From: Basidiobolus meristosporus CBS 931.73
Taxonomy: Eukaryota > Fungi > Basidiobolomycota
Assembly (NCBI GenBank): GCA_002104905.1
Contig: MCFE01000114.1
Coordinates: 101,976 to 165,975 of the forward strand
Direction of reading: 5' to 3'
DNA: 64,000 nucleotides
The notes beneath the pieces were generated by a model that was not told the DNA's origin, ran no database searches, and saw only the letters and a list, made by a program, of their open reading frames with translations. Each line of letters begins with the position of its first letter. The first letter of the stretch is position 1. The position numbers were made by a program, and so were the translations under genes. Positions 36,239 through 49,612 of the stretch are shown here, piece by piece.

Positions 36239-36991
36239 CCTTGTCTTGATATCCAATGTGTACTTTCTCTCAGGTTCGTGTATTATGCTCTAAACACACA
36301 GTCGACCGGGGGTGATCGCACTACGAAGAACCGAGATGTATCTAAGAGAGTCCTGAGGCTCAAGCCATACGGCGTGCGAGCTTTATAGCGAAACCCCAAG
36401 CATTCAAAAAGTTTGGTATGCACCCCATATTGTTGATTATTTGGTTCAGTTCAAACGCATGCTTCGGGGATTTTCGCTGGCTTGGCCTGATGATTTACTT
36501 TCCAATACAGTCCATGTATATCCGCTGATCTTTGACTGCCCCAGAGTGCATCTGCACCCAACAATGCCCATTGTCCATGTATGCGTATGGGTGAGGTTTG
36601 CCATTCTAACGAGGATTGTATGCCAATGGCCTATATGGCGGAGGGAATCCTGACAATTACTGATCCCTCTTGCTTGTTTTGCAGGTGTTACAATGGCTTT
36701 GGTAGGAATTCGTCTTGACTGCCGGGTTTCTAGCACCACGACCAACCACGGTTGGCTAGCTAATTCACCACTGTTGATTGACGATTAACTGAAATTATTC
36801 GAGGGAATCCATTTATCTTCCAGTCGCTTCCATTGGCTCTAAATGGCCAGGATCACGATCGTGACAGATGGAGTCCCGATATTTATGGGAGAAGGAAACT
36901 TCATGAAAAATACCTCAGCGCGAGCATATTAAATAACCAAATGTTCATCGAACCTTGGGACTTGTATAGCAATATTAGTAAACAAACCACC

Positions 36992-37813
36992 ATGTCTATC
37001 TCTTTTCTGAATTCCTGTCCGGATTTCACCCAAGTCGGAAGTCCAAGATTACGATATGCTCTGGAGGAGGTGAAGCTATCCTTTAGCCCAAACGTCCTCG
37101 GCGCCGAGTTGAGCGAGGGAACTCTCTACGTGGCAGAAAAGTTGGTGAATAGTTTACCCTCTGCGCCACCTGTTCCACACGCAGTGAACTAATCTTTGTT
37201 TCTCCGTCTTGTCTCTAGTATGATCTACTTCTTTTCGCATAAGTCAGCTGTTGGAATATCCATTGAGTACCCTTTGATCATTGTCCATGCAGTCGATCCC
37301 ACCGGGCCTGGGATCTACTGCCAATTACATGGCAATCCTTTCGCTCCCAACCAGCTCCAGGTACAAATCAACAACCTGGGTCCAGAAGAGTACGTCGATT
37401 TCACCGAACTCCGCATTACCCCTAAAGATGGCAGCATCTGTACGTATGCATCTGACCAACACGGATACCGGTTGCAGTGACCAACTAATTTCTCGTTCCC
37501 AACGGCTCAGTGGTTCCTCTCTACCAAGCCATTTCAGACTGTGCTGCGCTGCACCCGGATCTTTTCGATAATGATGATGGGGGTGACTGGTTCACGGGAG
37601 AATCGAACGAGATGGAGCTATCGGAGCAGGGGCAGGTTGGTGATGGAGTAATGTGTCCGAGTAAAAAATGTCGAATCTAATCTGAAGGACCACCATCCCA
37701 CATTGTGTTACATCTAGGAAACTCTGGCCCGATTGGACTCCCTACTGGATATGCCTAGCCCTCAACAATTCCTTGATATGGTGGAGGACACACAACACTC
37801 CACAGATTCATGA
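36992..37813 (+). CDS. CLNS1A: Methylosome subunit pICln / Lot5 homolog (Voldacs domain)
   Basis: Four exons (introns 37141-37218, 37440-37510, 37636-37717); GTLYVAE, GISIEYPLIIVHAV, LYQAISDCAALHPD, QETLARLDSLL. Confidence 0.88.
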
Positions 37814-38011
37814 GATGGTTTCACGTTACCAACGTCAAAGTGAATATCATACCAAGTCACATGTCAGCTCCCTTTAATTGGCAAGTGTTGACAAACGTTA
37901 GTCACATCATGGATGTTGGTCAGGACACTGGGGGCATATCGCGAATTAGCACATAAAGATGATTTCGAATACATGGCCTCAGTTCATATTTGGTTAAAGG
38001 GTTGTTCGGGC

Positions 38012-38516
38012 TCATATCAATACTTGGTCAATCTTATAGAGATAGCCGTTGACCGCGTGCTTCTCGTCATCTTTGAGGTTGGAGTGGTTCTCAAAGGTTG
38101 TGCCGTGGTCGGAGGAAACGCCATGAATTTTCCTTGAGCTTAGAGTGACGAATTCCTGGCTGCCAAACTGCTCTCGGGAAATGGCCTTTGGGATGATGTG
38201 GGAGGCGACAATCTCATGAAGTTGGTTCACATGCTCGCTGATGTTCAGCTTTTGGAAGGCGGAATTGGTTGGCGCTAGTATTGTAAGCTGCAGGTTGGGG
38301 TTGTAAACCTGATCTACCTGGGAGAGCAGACGGCTTAGTGGTTAGTTCGAAGGAAACCCCCGTCCAAAAAACGGCGAAAACAAGGCATACCAGGTCGGGG
38401 AATTGACGTAGAGCGTCCATAAAGATGGTCAGCGACTTGTCGCCCGGGATGTAGTCACCCAGGGTGGGTTTCCCATCCTGTTCCACATCTTCGTAAGTTC
38501 CGTAAAGCTTTGGCAT
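38012..38516 (-). CDS. Fasciclin (FAS1) domain protein; 5' exon(s) possibly missed
   Basis: Intron 38318-38390; H1 motif TILAPTNSAF and H2 motif NGYLYKIDQVL. Confidence 0.8.
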
Positions 38517-39690
38517 GAGTAAGGATTAATTGCCTTCGGCGGCGTTGACCCAACTTTGGATCAACCGAATGATCTACGTCATCTGTGGCCGTCGCCGTCA
38601 TTGTCACTGTCACCGTCACCCTCACCCTCACCCAGCGCATTTAACTATATCCAGAAGCATCATCATATGGATTGGTCAACATGGTGGGATTACCAGAGCA
38701 GAAGCGCATGAATCATTAATAAGGCTACATTCCCTTTCTGCTTTGAATCCTCTTCCAATCGCTTCCATCGGATATCTTCCACTGTCTCAAGATACCACTC
38801 AATACACCTGGTACCACAAGATTAGGTTCTGGTTAAGATCGGTTATCGACGTGTGCAGGGTTAGGGTAAGAAAATGGATGCGGGATGCGGGATGTGGGGT
38901 GTGGAATCAACCTAAATTATCCAATTGTGACTGTGCAAAACATCGGGTTAGCTGGCCAGCTTTTTCTCAATCCAAGATACCTGATTTCCATTATTGTCCT
39001 TGGGGGGAAGTGATGCCGTATAGAACAGTTTTCATCGTCCAGAGATGTGAAGCGACAGGAATAACCCCAACGGTACTTCGCATGTATGAATCTTAACCTG
39101 TCAGGTTGATTCGTTCTCCTGTAGCACACCTACATGCGACTCGTCAAAGATCGTGAGTGTAACCTTCCTTCCCCAACAAAATCCTGCCACCTCCGCCGGC
39201 TTGGCTTGATGAGGCTACGGCCATTGGTGATTCAAGCTAGGGAAAAGATCCACCAACCTTGGCCACTGCGTCCCCAACGTGCACCAACTCTAAGCAGAAC
39301 ACGAAAGATCGAGGCTCCTTCCCCTTCGGTGGTTTAGCATTCGATCGTTATCCGAGTGCCACCGCTGCGTCCACTCGCACTCATGATGCGCTATTCCTGG
39401 CTAAATTGGTTTCTTGATTTAATCAATTTCACCGGCGCTTGATCCAAGATCCCTAGAGACGGGAAATGGGATTTCATCACGTCTCCTTCCATTTTCCCAC
39501 CGGCAGCTTGGCGGCTTAAGAACGCCCCAATCCGTAGACGGTCGGTTTCAATGCGGGCAATCACCAAACCGATAACACTCGTGAGAAGGCTGGGGTGCGA
39601 CATGTGATACGGAAGGATTTATTATTACATAGGTTGAAACTGTACATATTATGTGGTTGGGAAAATGGGGACTGATTTACAATTCTACAC

Positions 39691-39972
39691 TTAGTATTTG
39701 ATGAAATCCTGCGAGCTATAGCGGCGGCTGGACAGGCGGTCGATGGAGGCCCGTATGCGGGCCATGTCCATCTGAAGCTCCATGTCTAGTGTGGATTCGA
39801 CGCATTGATTGTCGAAGACTCGCAGTGAGCTCCGGTCAAGGAACTGTTCGAACTCTGCCGCCGCCTCTTCGCAATCGTATGAGGCGTGGGGTTGATGACA
39901 AAAGGAGCATTCCACTAGTTGGCTCTTGCTGGAGCGACGTTGCTGGAGACGACGAAGTGATAAGCCGAACAT
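39691..39972 (-). CDS. 93-aa microprotein 1 with CX2CX3HX4C knuckle
   Basis: Paralog of 41240-41515; tataaaa upstream; R/S-rich, acid-free N-terminus. Confidence 0.8.
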   Translation of the reverse strand: MFGLSLRRLQQRRSSKSQLVECSFCHQPHASYDCEEAAAEFEQFLDRSSLRVFDNQCVESTLDMELQMDMARIRASIDRLSSRRYSSQDFIKY

Positions 39973-40155
39973 GTTGGTTGTTGAGGTTGGTCAGGTGTGG
40001 ATGGATATTGGCAACCGACAGACCCTCCGACTTTTATACTGCTTCCTTGTTGCAAGACTCAGGTGAACCAATGATTTCAGGGTCACAAATTCCATCGACA
40101 GATCCTAATCAGTCTGAAATCGTGTTTCGTACCCGAACTACTTGAGCCACTCTAA

Positions 40156-40240
40156 AATTCCCCTTCGCTGCCTGACAACCATTTATTGCCGGATCCAATT
40201 CCCCTTCGCTGTCTGACAACCATTTATTGCCTGATCCAAT
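40156..40240. repeat. Two-copy 41-bp tandem repeat in the divergent promoter region
   Basis: aattccccttcgctg(c/t)ctgacaaccatttattgcc(g/t)gatcc x2. Confidence 0.9.
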
Positions 40241-41239
40241 GGGATGATCTTGGATACTATTAGTAGTGAGCAGGGTACCGGATTCATTTTGACTAGGAAG
40301 CTAAGCCGTGCACCAACCTGGATACAGCGGAATTAATTAAATCTCTCTGATGGGCCCGGTGCATGCTGAAATGTGCCGAAGGTTCAAGTTCTCACGACTC
40401 TGAGTTTCAATTCTCTTCCAAAGCTGATTAAGTTAGGTTTGTTGTGACCCCAGCCACATCCGCACCCATCGGAATTACACTTACCTAACCCCCATCTCAA
40501 GCTTAATAAAACAACGAGTTAACTCGGCCGACCACCCCATTGAAATCATAGCCAAGTCAATAACCAATCTGTTTCAGAGAATTTAACCGTCCCGACCCGC
40601 CATCCATCACCAGATTTCTCCGCATTCCAATTCACAAGCTGGTCCATCGACAGCCATACGAAGGATCAGCAGGGGCTTGGTCTTGAATATATATTAGCGA
40701 TAGAGAGATACCACGCATATGAGCGGTGGAGAGATACAACCAAGATGAATCGTAAACAAAGTAGCCACCTTAATTGAAAGCTGGCGAATCGCGAGATTGC
40801 AATGATGTAAGTACGCCTGATCGATAGACCAATAGTGCATGATCAACATTAGAAGTGTTGCTCTATCAATTGGTCCTGATAAAAAGTAGGCAATAGCGTC
40901 TCAGGGGCACTCTGGATTCTGACCAGATAACGGGCGATCCTCGCAGTATGGAGGCATCGTAACAGACCTTGTCCATCCGGTCTAGATTTTCGACTACATC
41001 TCCCCCACTTCCATCTATTTTGAGACGCATTCCATTGCCCATACACGATTGAATGATGCTGCTCGTGGCGAGGGGACATGTTTAAGGACGGTTTCAAGGC
41101 GGCCATTTAATACATGGACATTAGGGTGAGCACCACCATCAGAGGGAAAGATACGCCCGGGATGAATTAATATATAGGTGACTCATCCCACGCCATCTCT
41201 ACAAAACGCCAAGTAATCTTCCGACCTTCGTACTTCATC

Positions 41240-41515
41240 ATGTTCTCATCGTCACTGCGTCCGCGTCTTTCCTTCAAACGCACTTCCAACAAACCCCCCA
41301 CCTGTGGTTTTTGTGAGGGCAAGCATGGCTCGGAAGATTGTGAGGAGGCCGTACTGGAGCTGGAGAGGTACGTGTCGCTGGGCTCGCTTCATATTCTGGA
41401 GGATCAATGCGTAGAGACAACGTTGGATTTTGAGCTTCGACTGGACCTGGCCAGAATCAGAACCTCTCTAAGCAAGGTTCCGAGCAATCGATACAACGAC
41501 CTGGTGAGTGCTTGA
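41240..41515 (+). CDS. 91-aa microprotein 2 with CX2CX3HX4C knuckle
   Basis: CGFCEGKHGSEDCEEA...QCVETTLDFEL..DLARIR.S; TATA-like tatata upstream. Confidence 0.8.
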   Translation: MFSSSLRPRLSFKRTSNKPPTCGFCEGKHGSEDCEEAVLELERYVSLGSLHILEDQCVETTLDFELRLDLARIRTSLSKVPSNRYNDLVSA

Positions 41516-41654
41516 GCTATCCTCGACGATATTAACCCGATTTGTTAGAAATCAACCTCTGCAGAGACTCTCTGATTACATCGTGTATATTTAATGGGTA
41601 TGCAAATGCGGGAATCATTTGCTTATTATTTCTTAATAAACCCACTTGTGTATT

Positions 41655-41714
41655 ATTACTCATCACAACTCCCTTATAAGCACAATTACTCATCACAACT
41701 CCCTTATAAGCACA
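41655..41714. repeat. Perfect two-copy 30-bp tandem repeat
   Basis: attactcatcacaactcccttataagcaca x2, in the convergent 3' region between microprotein 2 and arrestin A. Confidence 0.92.
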
Positions 41715-41936
41715 TATCGCAGGAATTGTCGGGCTCGTAACGAACAGGATTTTGCAAAGGGTGCAGACGTAGATCATCATTAACTTTATTAGAAAAGGGG
41801 GTAAATATGGGTTGGGTTAGGGTTGGAGTTGGGTTGTACTAGTGGAGATATACATATATATGTGATGCATTTATAGAACAAAATAGATTATCAACAGGCT
41901 GATCTTTGGAATTTACAATTCATGGGCACGCCACAA

Positions 41937-43017
41937 TCACGCGGAGATTGATGTGGCTGTGTAGGATGGCGGCGGGATGTTCACATAGGAACACAGGGGC
42001 TGATATCTGGGTGGCGATATGTCCAATGATAGCTGTGCGCTGGATCGGAGTACCACTGGCAAGTCTTTCTGTAGTACCACTCTCTCTCCGCGGAGCTTAT
42101 CGTTCATGATGAATAGAATACAAAGCGCGTGCTTAACTTGGATGTACTTGGTGTTGAGCGAGGGATACGCTGCCGATGACAATGACAATTCTGGTTGGAA
42201 AGAAGTGCCCTCGGGTCCGGAAGCGCTCCTCTTGAAATCGGAGAACTTCGCACTCTTGAGGGAGTATTCCTGAGAACGGAAGTCCCAGCTACCCCCTGGC
42301 CCGGAGTAGTGCGTGGTTTCTAGCAGGCGAAACTGGATTTTATGGATCTCCAAATCACTCGTTAACGGTGTGAAGTCCATGCTGATGGGAATATTTTCAC
42401 CAATCACTAAGGTTGGCTCGTTTATGGCTATGTGGTATCTGAAGCGATCTTGCCAGGCGCCGCTCGAATACATGAGTGCCTCGCTATCGTTCGATGAGGA
42501 GTTGCGTTGGACCAACACGGTGCGTCTTGCCTTTAAATCAAACCGTAGCCCGGGTCTTTCCACAACCGCAATCATTCGATAATCGATACGGCCGTAGGGA
42601 AGTTCGGTAGACTCGGGTATACTGCCGTCCAGGGCTAGCTCAAAGGGATAGCAGTATTGGTTGTTGTGTAGTGTGCGGATCCCTTGGTCAGGTGTTAGAA
42701 AGTCCAGCCTCTGCTGCACTATGACATGCTCGCGACAGGAGATATCTATGAGTAAGGTTGGTGAGTGTACCCAAGAAAATAGCCAGTTGGGTGAGGAACT
42801 TACTGTCGCTTTCGTTTAGTCTTGCCGTGCCTGCGAACTTGAGCCATATCGATTTCACTTTCAAAGGGTTATTGACTTGAAGTATAACACTCCCTCTGAG
42901 GACGCAGCCCACGGACTCCTGGGGAGCGCCGTGTAGTGTCAGAACGTCGTTCTCAAGCTGTATGGTGATGTGTGCGTCTTTGTTCAGGAAAGGGAGGCGT
43001 TTAGAGTTTTGAAACAT
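41937..43017 (-). CDS. Alpha-arrestin (ART-like) protein A
   Basis: VLRGSVIL, YPFELALDGSIPES...GRIDYRM.A.VER; intron 42746-42803; C-terminal PPRY and PPSY motifs. Confidence 0.88.
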
Positions 43018-43904
43018 GTTAGAGTAGTTGTGTATTACTGAAAGAAGCTTAAACCGCGGATATTTGTACAAGTGGGAAGCAGAAAATATACACGATAAAA
43101 TAGCACTGCTTTGGGTTAGTTGCAAACCTGGTTCCCATCTTGCGTTTTATACAGTCCAATGAACGCCAGTGGTTTCCATAATGGATCACCGGTCAGAGCA
43201 ATTATACCCTCAATGGTGGAATTCATATGGAATTCATGGTAGGTCAAATGGAACACCAAACCATCAATGGATGGCGTATCAGAAGGGGGAGGAAATATGT
43301 ACTACTAGGGATCCAGAAGAAAGCTCGAATTTGGTGGGTTGGCTTATATCAGACTAGATTGGGGTTTAGGCATCACTCGTTCTTTTTTTCCTTCCATTTC
43401 TCTAGCAGATGCCCCGATCTGGTCCTAATTGGTCGTAACTGCTTGGTAGAAATCTGTTCGGTAATATGGTCGAGGTAAGTGATTGGTTACCATTCGATGA
43501 GAAGATTAGATCGGTTTGGTAGGAAAATTGTCCGTATATTATCCCTCGAATGGCCATATTATCCCTGGGATGCAGGTGGCCCTATTCCCAGATTCCGGTA
43601 TTTATTGATGATTTCCAAATGGGTTGGCGATGTCTCAGTCTGTTCAGATCGCTTGGAGATAACTATCCGCTGCTGTCTGAACTACTAATCTTGGCCAACT
43701 GTTAACCGAACTACTAAACCGTTCCCAATCACTGAGCGATCGCCCAAACCCTGTCAATCACCAAGTAAATGGGACATGGATTTTCATTACAATGTCAATC
43801 AATCAAAAGTGCCATGGATGTTCTTTACAATATGCCAATTAGGTTTATTAACAGTAGTCGGAATTAAGTGTGGCGTCTATAAGGTGGTATCGGTGTGGGT
43901 GAAT

Positions 43905-45012
43905 TCAAGTACGAATCACAGATGGCGTGTATGCTGGTGGGGACCCGAGAATCATTGTGCAGGGTGTGGGCGGGATGTTGCCATACTCCGGTGGCGACAT
44001 CTCCAGGCATTGCTGTAAGCATGATCGCACGCTGACGGGAACTTCATACTCAAGTACCCGCTTTTCGCCACTACGGTGGTCGATGATGTGGAAGAGGACG
44101 ATAATGTCGTGATGGATCTGGATGTAGTCGGTGTCCAGGGTGCATTGCACGCCAGGGAAAAGCACCAGCTGCGGGCAAAGCTTCCACTCCTCGCCATCTC
44201 CGGTGATTTCATCCCCTTTAAGCTCCAGGAGATGGTGAGTCTTGGTTCGGAGATCGATGGGATTCTCGTGGGTGCCACAGCAGATGGTTTCGCGAAGGGT
44301 GAAATCAATTTTGGTCATCTCGAAGTCTTTCGACAATGAGGTAAGATCTAGTGACAACGGGAATGATTGGCCAATAGTCACCGATGGTTGGGGGATCTCC
44401 ATGTGGTAACGGAACCGTTCGTCCCATACCCCTGAAGACTCGATGTTATGGCAGAATAATGAGTCATAGGAGCAGCCGGAACTGCGCTGCAATTTCACGG
44501 TGCGTTTGTTTTTGATATCGAAATGCAGTCCGGTACGTTCCACAACGGCAAGCATTTTGTACTCGATTTTTCCGTTCGGAAGAGTTACGGACTCGGGAAG
44601 GCTGCCCTCGAGGGCAACCTCGAAGTTGTACCGGTAATGGTTGGGCTTCAGGTCGTAGGGCCCTTCCTCAGCAGGCAAGAAACGAACCTCTTTGTCTAGG
44701 AAGACGTATTCTCTCCATGAAACATCTGTGAACAAACGGAGTTAATTGAATAAGAGCTCTAGTGAGGAGTTTAGAGTGAATCAAATACATACTGTCGTTT
44801 CCACACAGGTTGGCTTTTCCGATGAATCTGCCATATATGGACTTGACCTTCATTTCGTTGAATAGTGTGAAGACCACGGAGCCACGAAGAACGCAGCCCA
44901 CTGAGTCAGTAGCACTCCCTCTCATGGTAAGTGTGTCGTTGTCAAGCTCGATGTTGAGGCACTCGACTGAGTTGAAGTTGAATTGAGGCAACCACATTGA
45001 ATTGGTGAACAT
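43905..45012 (-). CDS. Alpha-arrestin (ART-like) protein B, tandem paralog
   Basis: VLRGSVVF, YNFEVALEGSLPES...GKIEYKM.A.VER; intron 44726-44792 at the same codon as in A; PPEY and PPAY motifs. Confidence 0.88.
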
Positions 45013-46257
45013 TCTGACGATGTTAAGGAATTAACAAAAATAGTAGCTGTACAAGTAGATGGAGCCCAAGGGCTTGTAGTATGATACACTGGCGATTATT
45101 GGAGAATGATGAGGGGGATGGTCGGAAGGGGGACTCTTTTATAGGTTGAAGGCGTGCCTTAACTCCAAGCTAATTTTAGGTGCTGTGACGGTGAAGGTTG
45201 GCAACTATTCTCGGAAGCTGCTATTAGAAGAATGATGAATTAATTAGACAACTCGGAGTTGTTTGAAACAGCAGGCTTGATTTGGGAAAATTCCTCACAC
45301 GTCGTTAAGGTGATTGCATCCGGCATCTATCAGAGTTCGGCTCGGATGAATTTACACGTGTAGATGGGGATTGGCCCAACATCCGAGATTTACACAAATA
45401 ACAATTACCAGAATCGTATGCATCCAATATATACAAGCACTATAATCCAGCCATCATATATATATACAAATGTTGGAATCATTAGTATTTAGCTATTTCC
45501 TCAAACATGTCGTAATATACAATCTTTTCCTGGAATGGTCGAAGATCGCGATTGTCGGCAGCGACTCGGTTAATCTCCCAGAGTCGAAACGGTATGCTCG
45601 GCTAGCTATTTTCGGTATATTAGAACTTGGGGATTGGCCAGGGAGCCTGTGACGGGTTCCTTCTATTTGGCTCCGGCTTGCATTGGATTTATTTATAGTA
45701 TGTTGTCATTGCACTCTACTATGAACCCCATAGACCTCGGATGTAACTGTGCAGTCCTATCTCTGCTTCGGCCTAGCCCTCCAATGAGCTTTCCTCCATT
45801 CTCGGATCGCGTTGAGGTCACCGCAACTCCATTTCTTGGGTGCAATCGCGGTACCATGGATACTGGGGCCTATTCTTGGATATCGATGTTAACCATAACG
45901 CAAGCTTACTGCAGCGTGACGCATGCATATTTGACTCGAGGCCTATTTTAACCTTCTATCTGGGCATCGGTGGTGAATTTGATGCATATCCAAATATGCC
46001 CCCAATGTTTCGACCACCGATTTCCATCTAGAGTTGTCCATCGATTTCTATCAGTAAGCGTCGTGTAGATGGAAACCTTAGTTTGGGTGGGCCTTGTTGG
46101 TTGGATCAATGCTGCCACAAACTGGTGACGATGTTAGAGATGCATACACGCACCCCGCAAACACTTGTGCCACGGCAACATCAACAATCTAGGCCTATTT
46201 TAACATCTCACTCGTCCGCTAGAGTTGGTGTCACTCCAAGAAGCTGCTATATTCTCA

Positions 46258-47324
46258 ATGGTACGATTCGAAATCACTCTCCTCATTACTGCTTTAGTTG
46301 CGGGTGCAAAAGGCCAAGATGTGGGTGGCGGGATTGTGCTCAGATGTGCCAAGCCTGGCACATTTGCCATGACGTTCGATGATGGTAATGGTCTAATTGG
46401 TGAGAACATTCTGCGTTGGAAGCTTACTCACATTTACATCAACAGGCCCTAGTCCCTTTACTCCTCAACTGCTAGACATTCTGAAGGAACGTTCAATTCG
46501 CGCCACATTCTTTGTCCTCGGCACCCATGTCCGGAACCCTGCTCTGGCTCCACACCTGAAAAGAGCGTTCGACGAAGGGCATCAGATCGCACTACACACC
46601 GATACCCACCCCCATTTAAACACATTAACACCTGAAAAGATTCGAAGCGAATTAAATCAAAATGGTGATTCGGTAAAGGAGATCATTGGTTCAGTGCCAA
46701 ATTACATGAGACCTCCATATGGCGAATGTAACCAAAATACCCGAGAGGTCATTCAGGAGATGGGCTTTCTAATAGTCAACTGGAACGTCGATTCTAATGG
46801 TAGGTTTCGCGCGTCAATGCTGTTCTTGGGCTACTCATTCAGACTAATCCATTCTAGACTGGCAGTATCACGGGAATAGCGCCAATCATGACCTGCTCCT
46901 TGAAAACATGGCTGTCAAAATTAACCCATCCGACTCTTTGACGCAAAGCTTCATATCCCTTCAGCACGATACCGAGGATTTCAGCGTGGCCAGAGTACCG
47001 CAGATCATAGATCTCATCATTAGCAAAGGCTTTCACTTTGAAACGGTTGCCGATTGCCTAGGAAACGTGCTTCCCATGTATCGCGGCGCTCCCAACAACA
47101 ACAATGCCACTGCTCCTCGACAGCCACCAACTACTACCAATTCGACGTTCAAGCCTTCGATCACCACGGCCACCCAGCCCACAGCGATCTTATTAGACCC
47201 TATTGTTACTCAACCACCACCGAAGAAAACGGACTTAACGGTAAGTGGAGGAGGCCAATCAAGCGCCGCTATGGATTGTTATTTGTTACTTTTGGCCTTT
47301 GCAGCCTATATTTGGGGCCATTGA
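46258..47324 (+). CDS. Chitin deacetylase (CE4) 2, secreted, probable GPI anchor
   Basis: Introns 46385-46445 (in TFDD-G) and 46800-46857 (in DSN-D-W); HTDTH, RPPYG, LQHD; T/P-rich stalk and hydrophobic tail. Confidence 0.92.
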
Positions 47325-48583
47325 CACGACTCAGCTTTTCAAAAGAAAACTACATCACATTCTATATACCCGAATACCACATTGTGAATGATATATATAT
47401 CTATCTATTCGGTCCATATCCAAGTCTTCGGTAGTTGATTACGCTCGGAAATAGAATAAACTCACCCAATATATGAATAATTTCGTGATGGAACTTCCAT
47501 CGGCATGGATTCGATGGACTCGATGGATTGAATGCTTACCATTGTTGCTTGATGTTGATCTTCTCATCAGAACCTCTCATCAGAACTATGGATGGGTTCC
47601 CTTTCCAATAAAATAGGTTTTAGATCTCCTAGATATCCCTTCCAATCTACTATCCAATCATTTCACCGTTGCTGCTGTAAGTGTTGATTAGTAAGATCGA
47701 TATTGCATAAAAGCAATCGGAATATCCAATACTGGATGGTCTGAGTTCTAGAATTGGTTCCGACTCGCTCATTACGCAACATGATCCGTATCTTACGTGT
47801 TCTGGAATAAGTTAGGATCCAATTCGATATCGATGATTTAGTTATTCATCATTTTTTCAAACCACTCTCCGTGACTAAACCTGGCTTCAAAGTTATGATA
47901 AACAGCGCCTTCATGCAGCAAATCGATATAAATAAACCATGGTTTCACGCAACGCACAAGGTTGTAATCGTGCGACAATGCATAGGTTTGTTCATTTATG
48001 CGTGTCAAACAGCTATCAGGTAGAAGATTGTCAATATTCTGTTGTTGCACATGGGGACTGAGAAATGCATAGCTGGGACACTATCTCAGCATAAGTTTCC
48101 CATACTTTTCTCTCGAACGGGCTGTTAATTAAATCCAGGCGAGCTTCTCAATTGATGGTATGCATGAGCAGTAAACTCAAATGAGATTAAGCTTATCATC
48201 TTCTGTTGTGTCACTTGGCCTAATTTTCCGGTCATCCCTGGATCTCATTCCAAGGCTGAGCCGCTTGACTAATACCTCGGCTGGGTATCTATATATCATA
48301 TTTGAGATCATGCTGAGCCCAAATTAGAAGCCATTCGTGCTACAGTTCTCAGCCATCAATGTAGCGCCAAAAGTTCCACCACCAGAGTAATGTACACTAG
48401 GGATTCGCCTACAAAGTGTATGCACCATCCCATTAGCCTCCTATTTCTGTTGGTTGTACTACTATGGTTACGATTTGATTAGGCTGGAAGGCCCTTTGTT
48501 GCTCCCATTATATAAGGTTCAAGAGTGCGCTCACCAAAGTGCGTTCACCTCCATTGAATTGTGTGTTCTTAACCCTACTCCAA

Positions 48584-49612
48584 ATGCTCCGCAATATCGC
48601 GAAATTTTCTCTTCTCCTCTCTACCCTGAGCGTTGTCATTGGCCAAGATCCCGGCGCTGGCTTTATTTTCGAGTGTGACCAACCTGGGAGCTTTGCCCTG
48701 ACCTTTGATGATGGTATGCTCATTTTCTTCTAGGCAGAATGGGAATTATTGAATGATTAAATGGTTTGTCATCAAGGTCCAAGCGAGTATACAGGCGCTC
48801 TTCTGTCCACCCTGAAAGAAAAGGACGTTAAGGCAACATTCTTTTCAGTTGGCACACAGGCCGCCAAGCCAGACATCGCGATTTACTTGAAACAGGCTCA
48901 TGAGGAAGGCCATCAGATTGCTTCCCACAGCAACACGCATGCGGATTTAAACAAATTGTCGGTGGAGCAGATCAAGAGCGAGATGCTTCTGACCGAGGAA
49001 GCTATTCAAGAGGCCACCGGGTTGGTTCCGGCTGTAATGCGACCCCCCTACGGGAATTGCAACCAGCAATGTCAGGGCGTTATGAAAGAGATGGGTTACC
49101 TAGTGGTTCAGTGGAATGTAGACTCTAATGATTGGCAATTCATGGATACTCCAGACAAATGGGAGGATTTAGTCACCAACATTCTAGACCCAGTGAATAC
49201 GTCCAACGTTCGAAACCAATCGTTTATTTCGCTGCAGCATGATATCCATCAATTTTCCGTGGAGAGAACTGGAGCCATAATTGATGGAATCAAAGCCAAG
49301 GGTTACAGGTTCCAGACTGTTAACGATTGCTTAAGCAACAGGTTCCCTATGTACAAGAACCTAGCAAATCCCAACCAAACTTCCACTGGCACTGCTACTG
49401 CTACGGCTAGGGCGACTTCCTCTGCTCTCTCAACATCCAGTGTTATCTCAGATCCACAACATGTTTCTAGTTCCTCCAGTAACACACAACCTATGGCCAC
49501 AAACAGCAACCAGGTATCTGTCTCGGGTGTTCAAACGACATCTGGATCAAATTCGTTGCTGGCGGTCCCAATCTTTGCACTTGGATTAACTGGTTTCGCG
49601 GTACAATTCTAG
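48584..49612 (+). CDS. Chitin deacetylase (CE4) 3, secreted, probable GPI anchor
   Basis: Intron 48714-48776 in TFDD-G; SHSNTH, RPPYG, DSNDW, LQHD; S/T stalk and hydrophobic tail. Confidence 0.93.

Noticed and set aside
40849-41106. 85-aa ORF between the two microprotein genes
   Set aside because: No conserved motif or paralog; composition looks like a chance ORF.
41655-41714. 30-bp and 41-bp repeats as CRISPR-like arrays
   Set aside because: Only two abutting copies each, no spacers, no cas genes, eukaryotic context.
41808-41836. TTAGGG-like run (gggttgggttagggttggagttgggttg)
   Set aside because: One exact unit in a degenerate G/T tract; too short for an interstitial telomere call.
47838-48050. 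70-aa minus-strand ORF between CDA2 and CDA3
   Set aside because: No homology, paralog or splice support; adjacent frames have stops.
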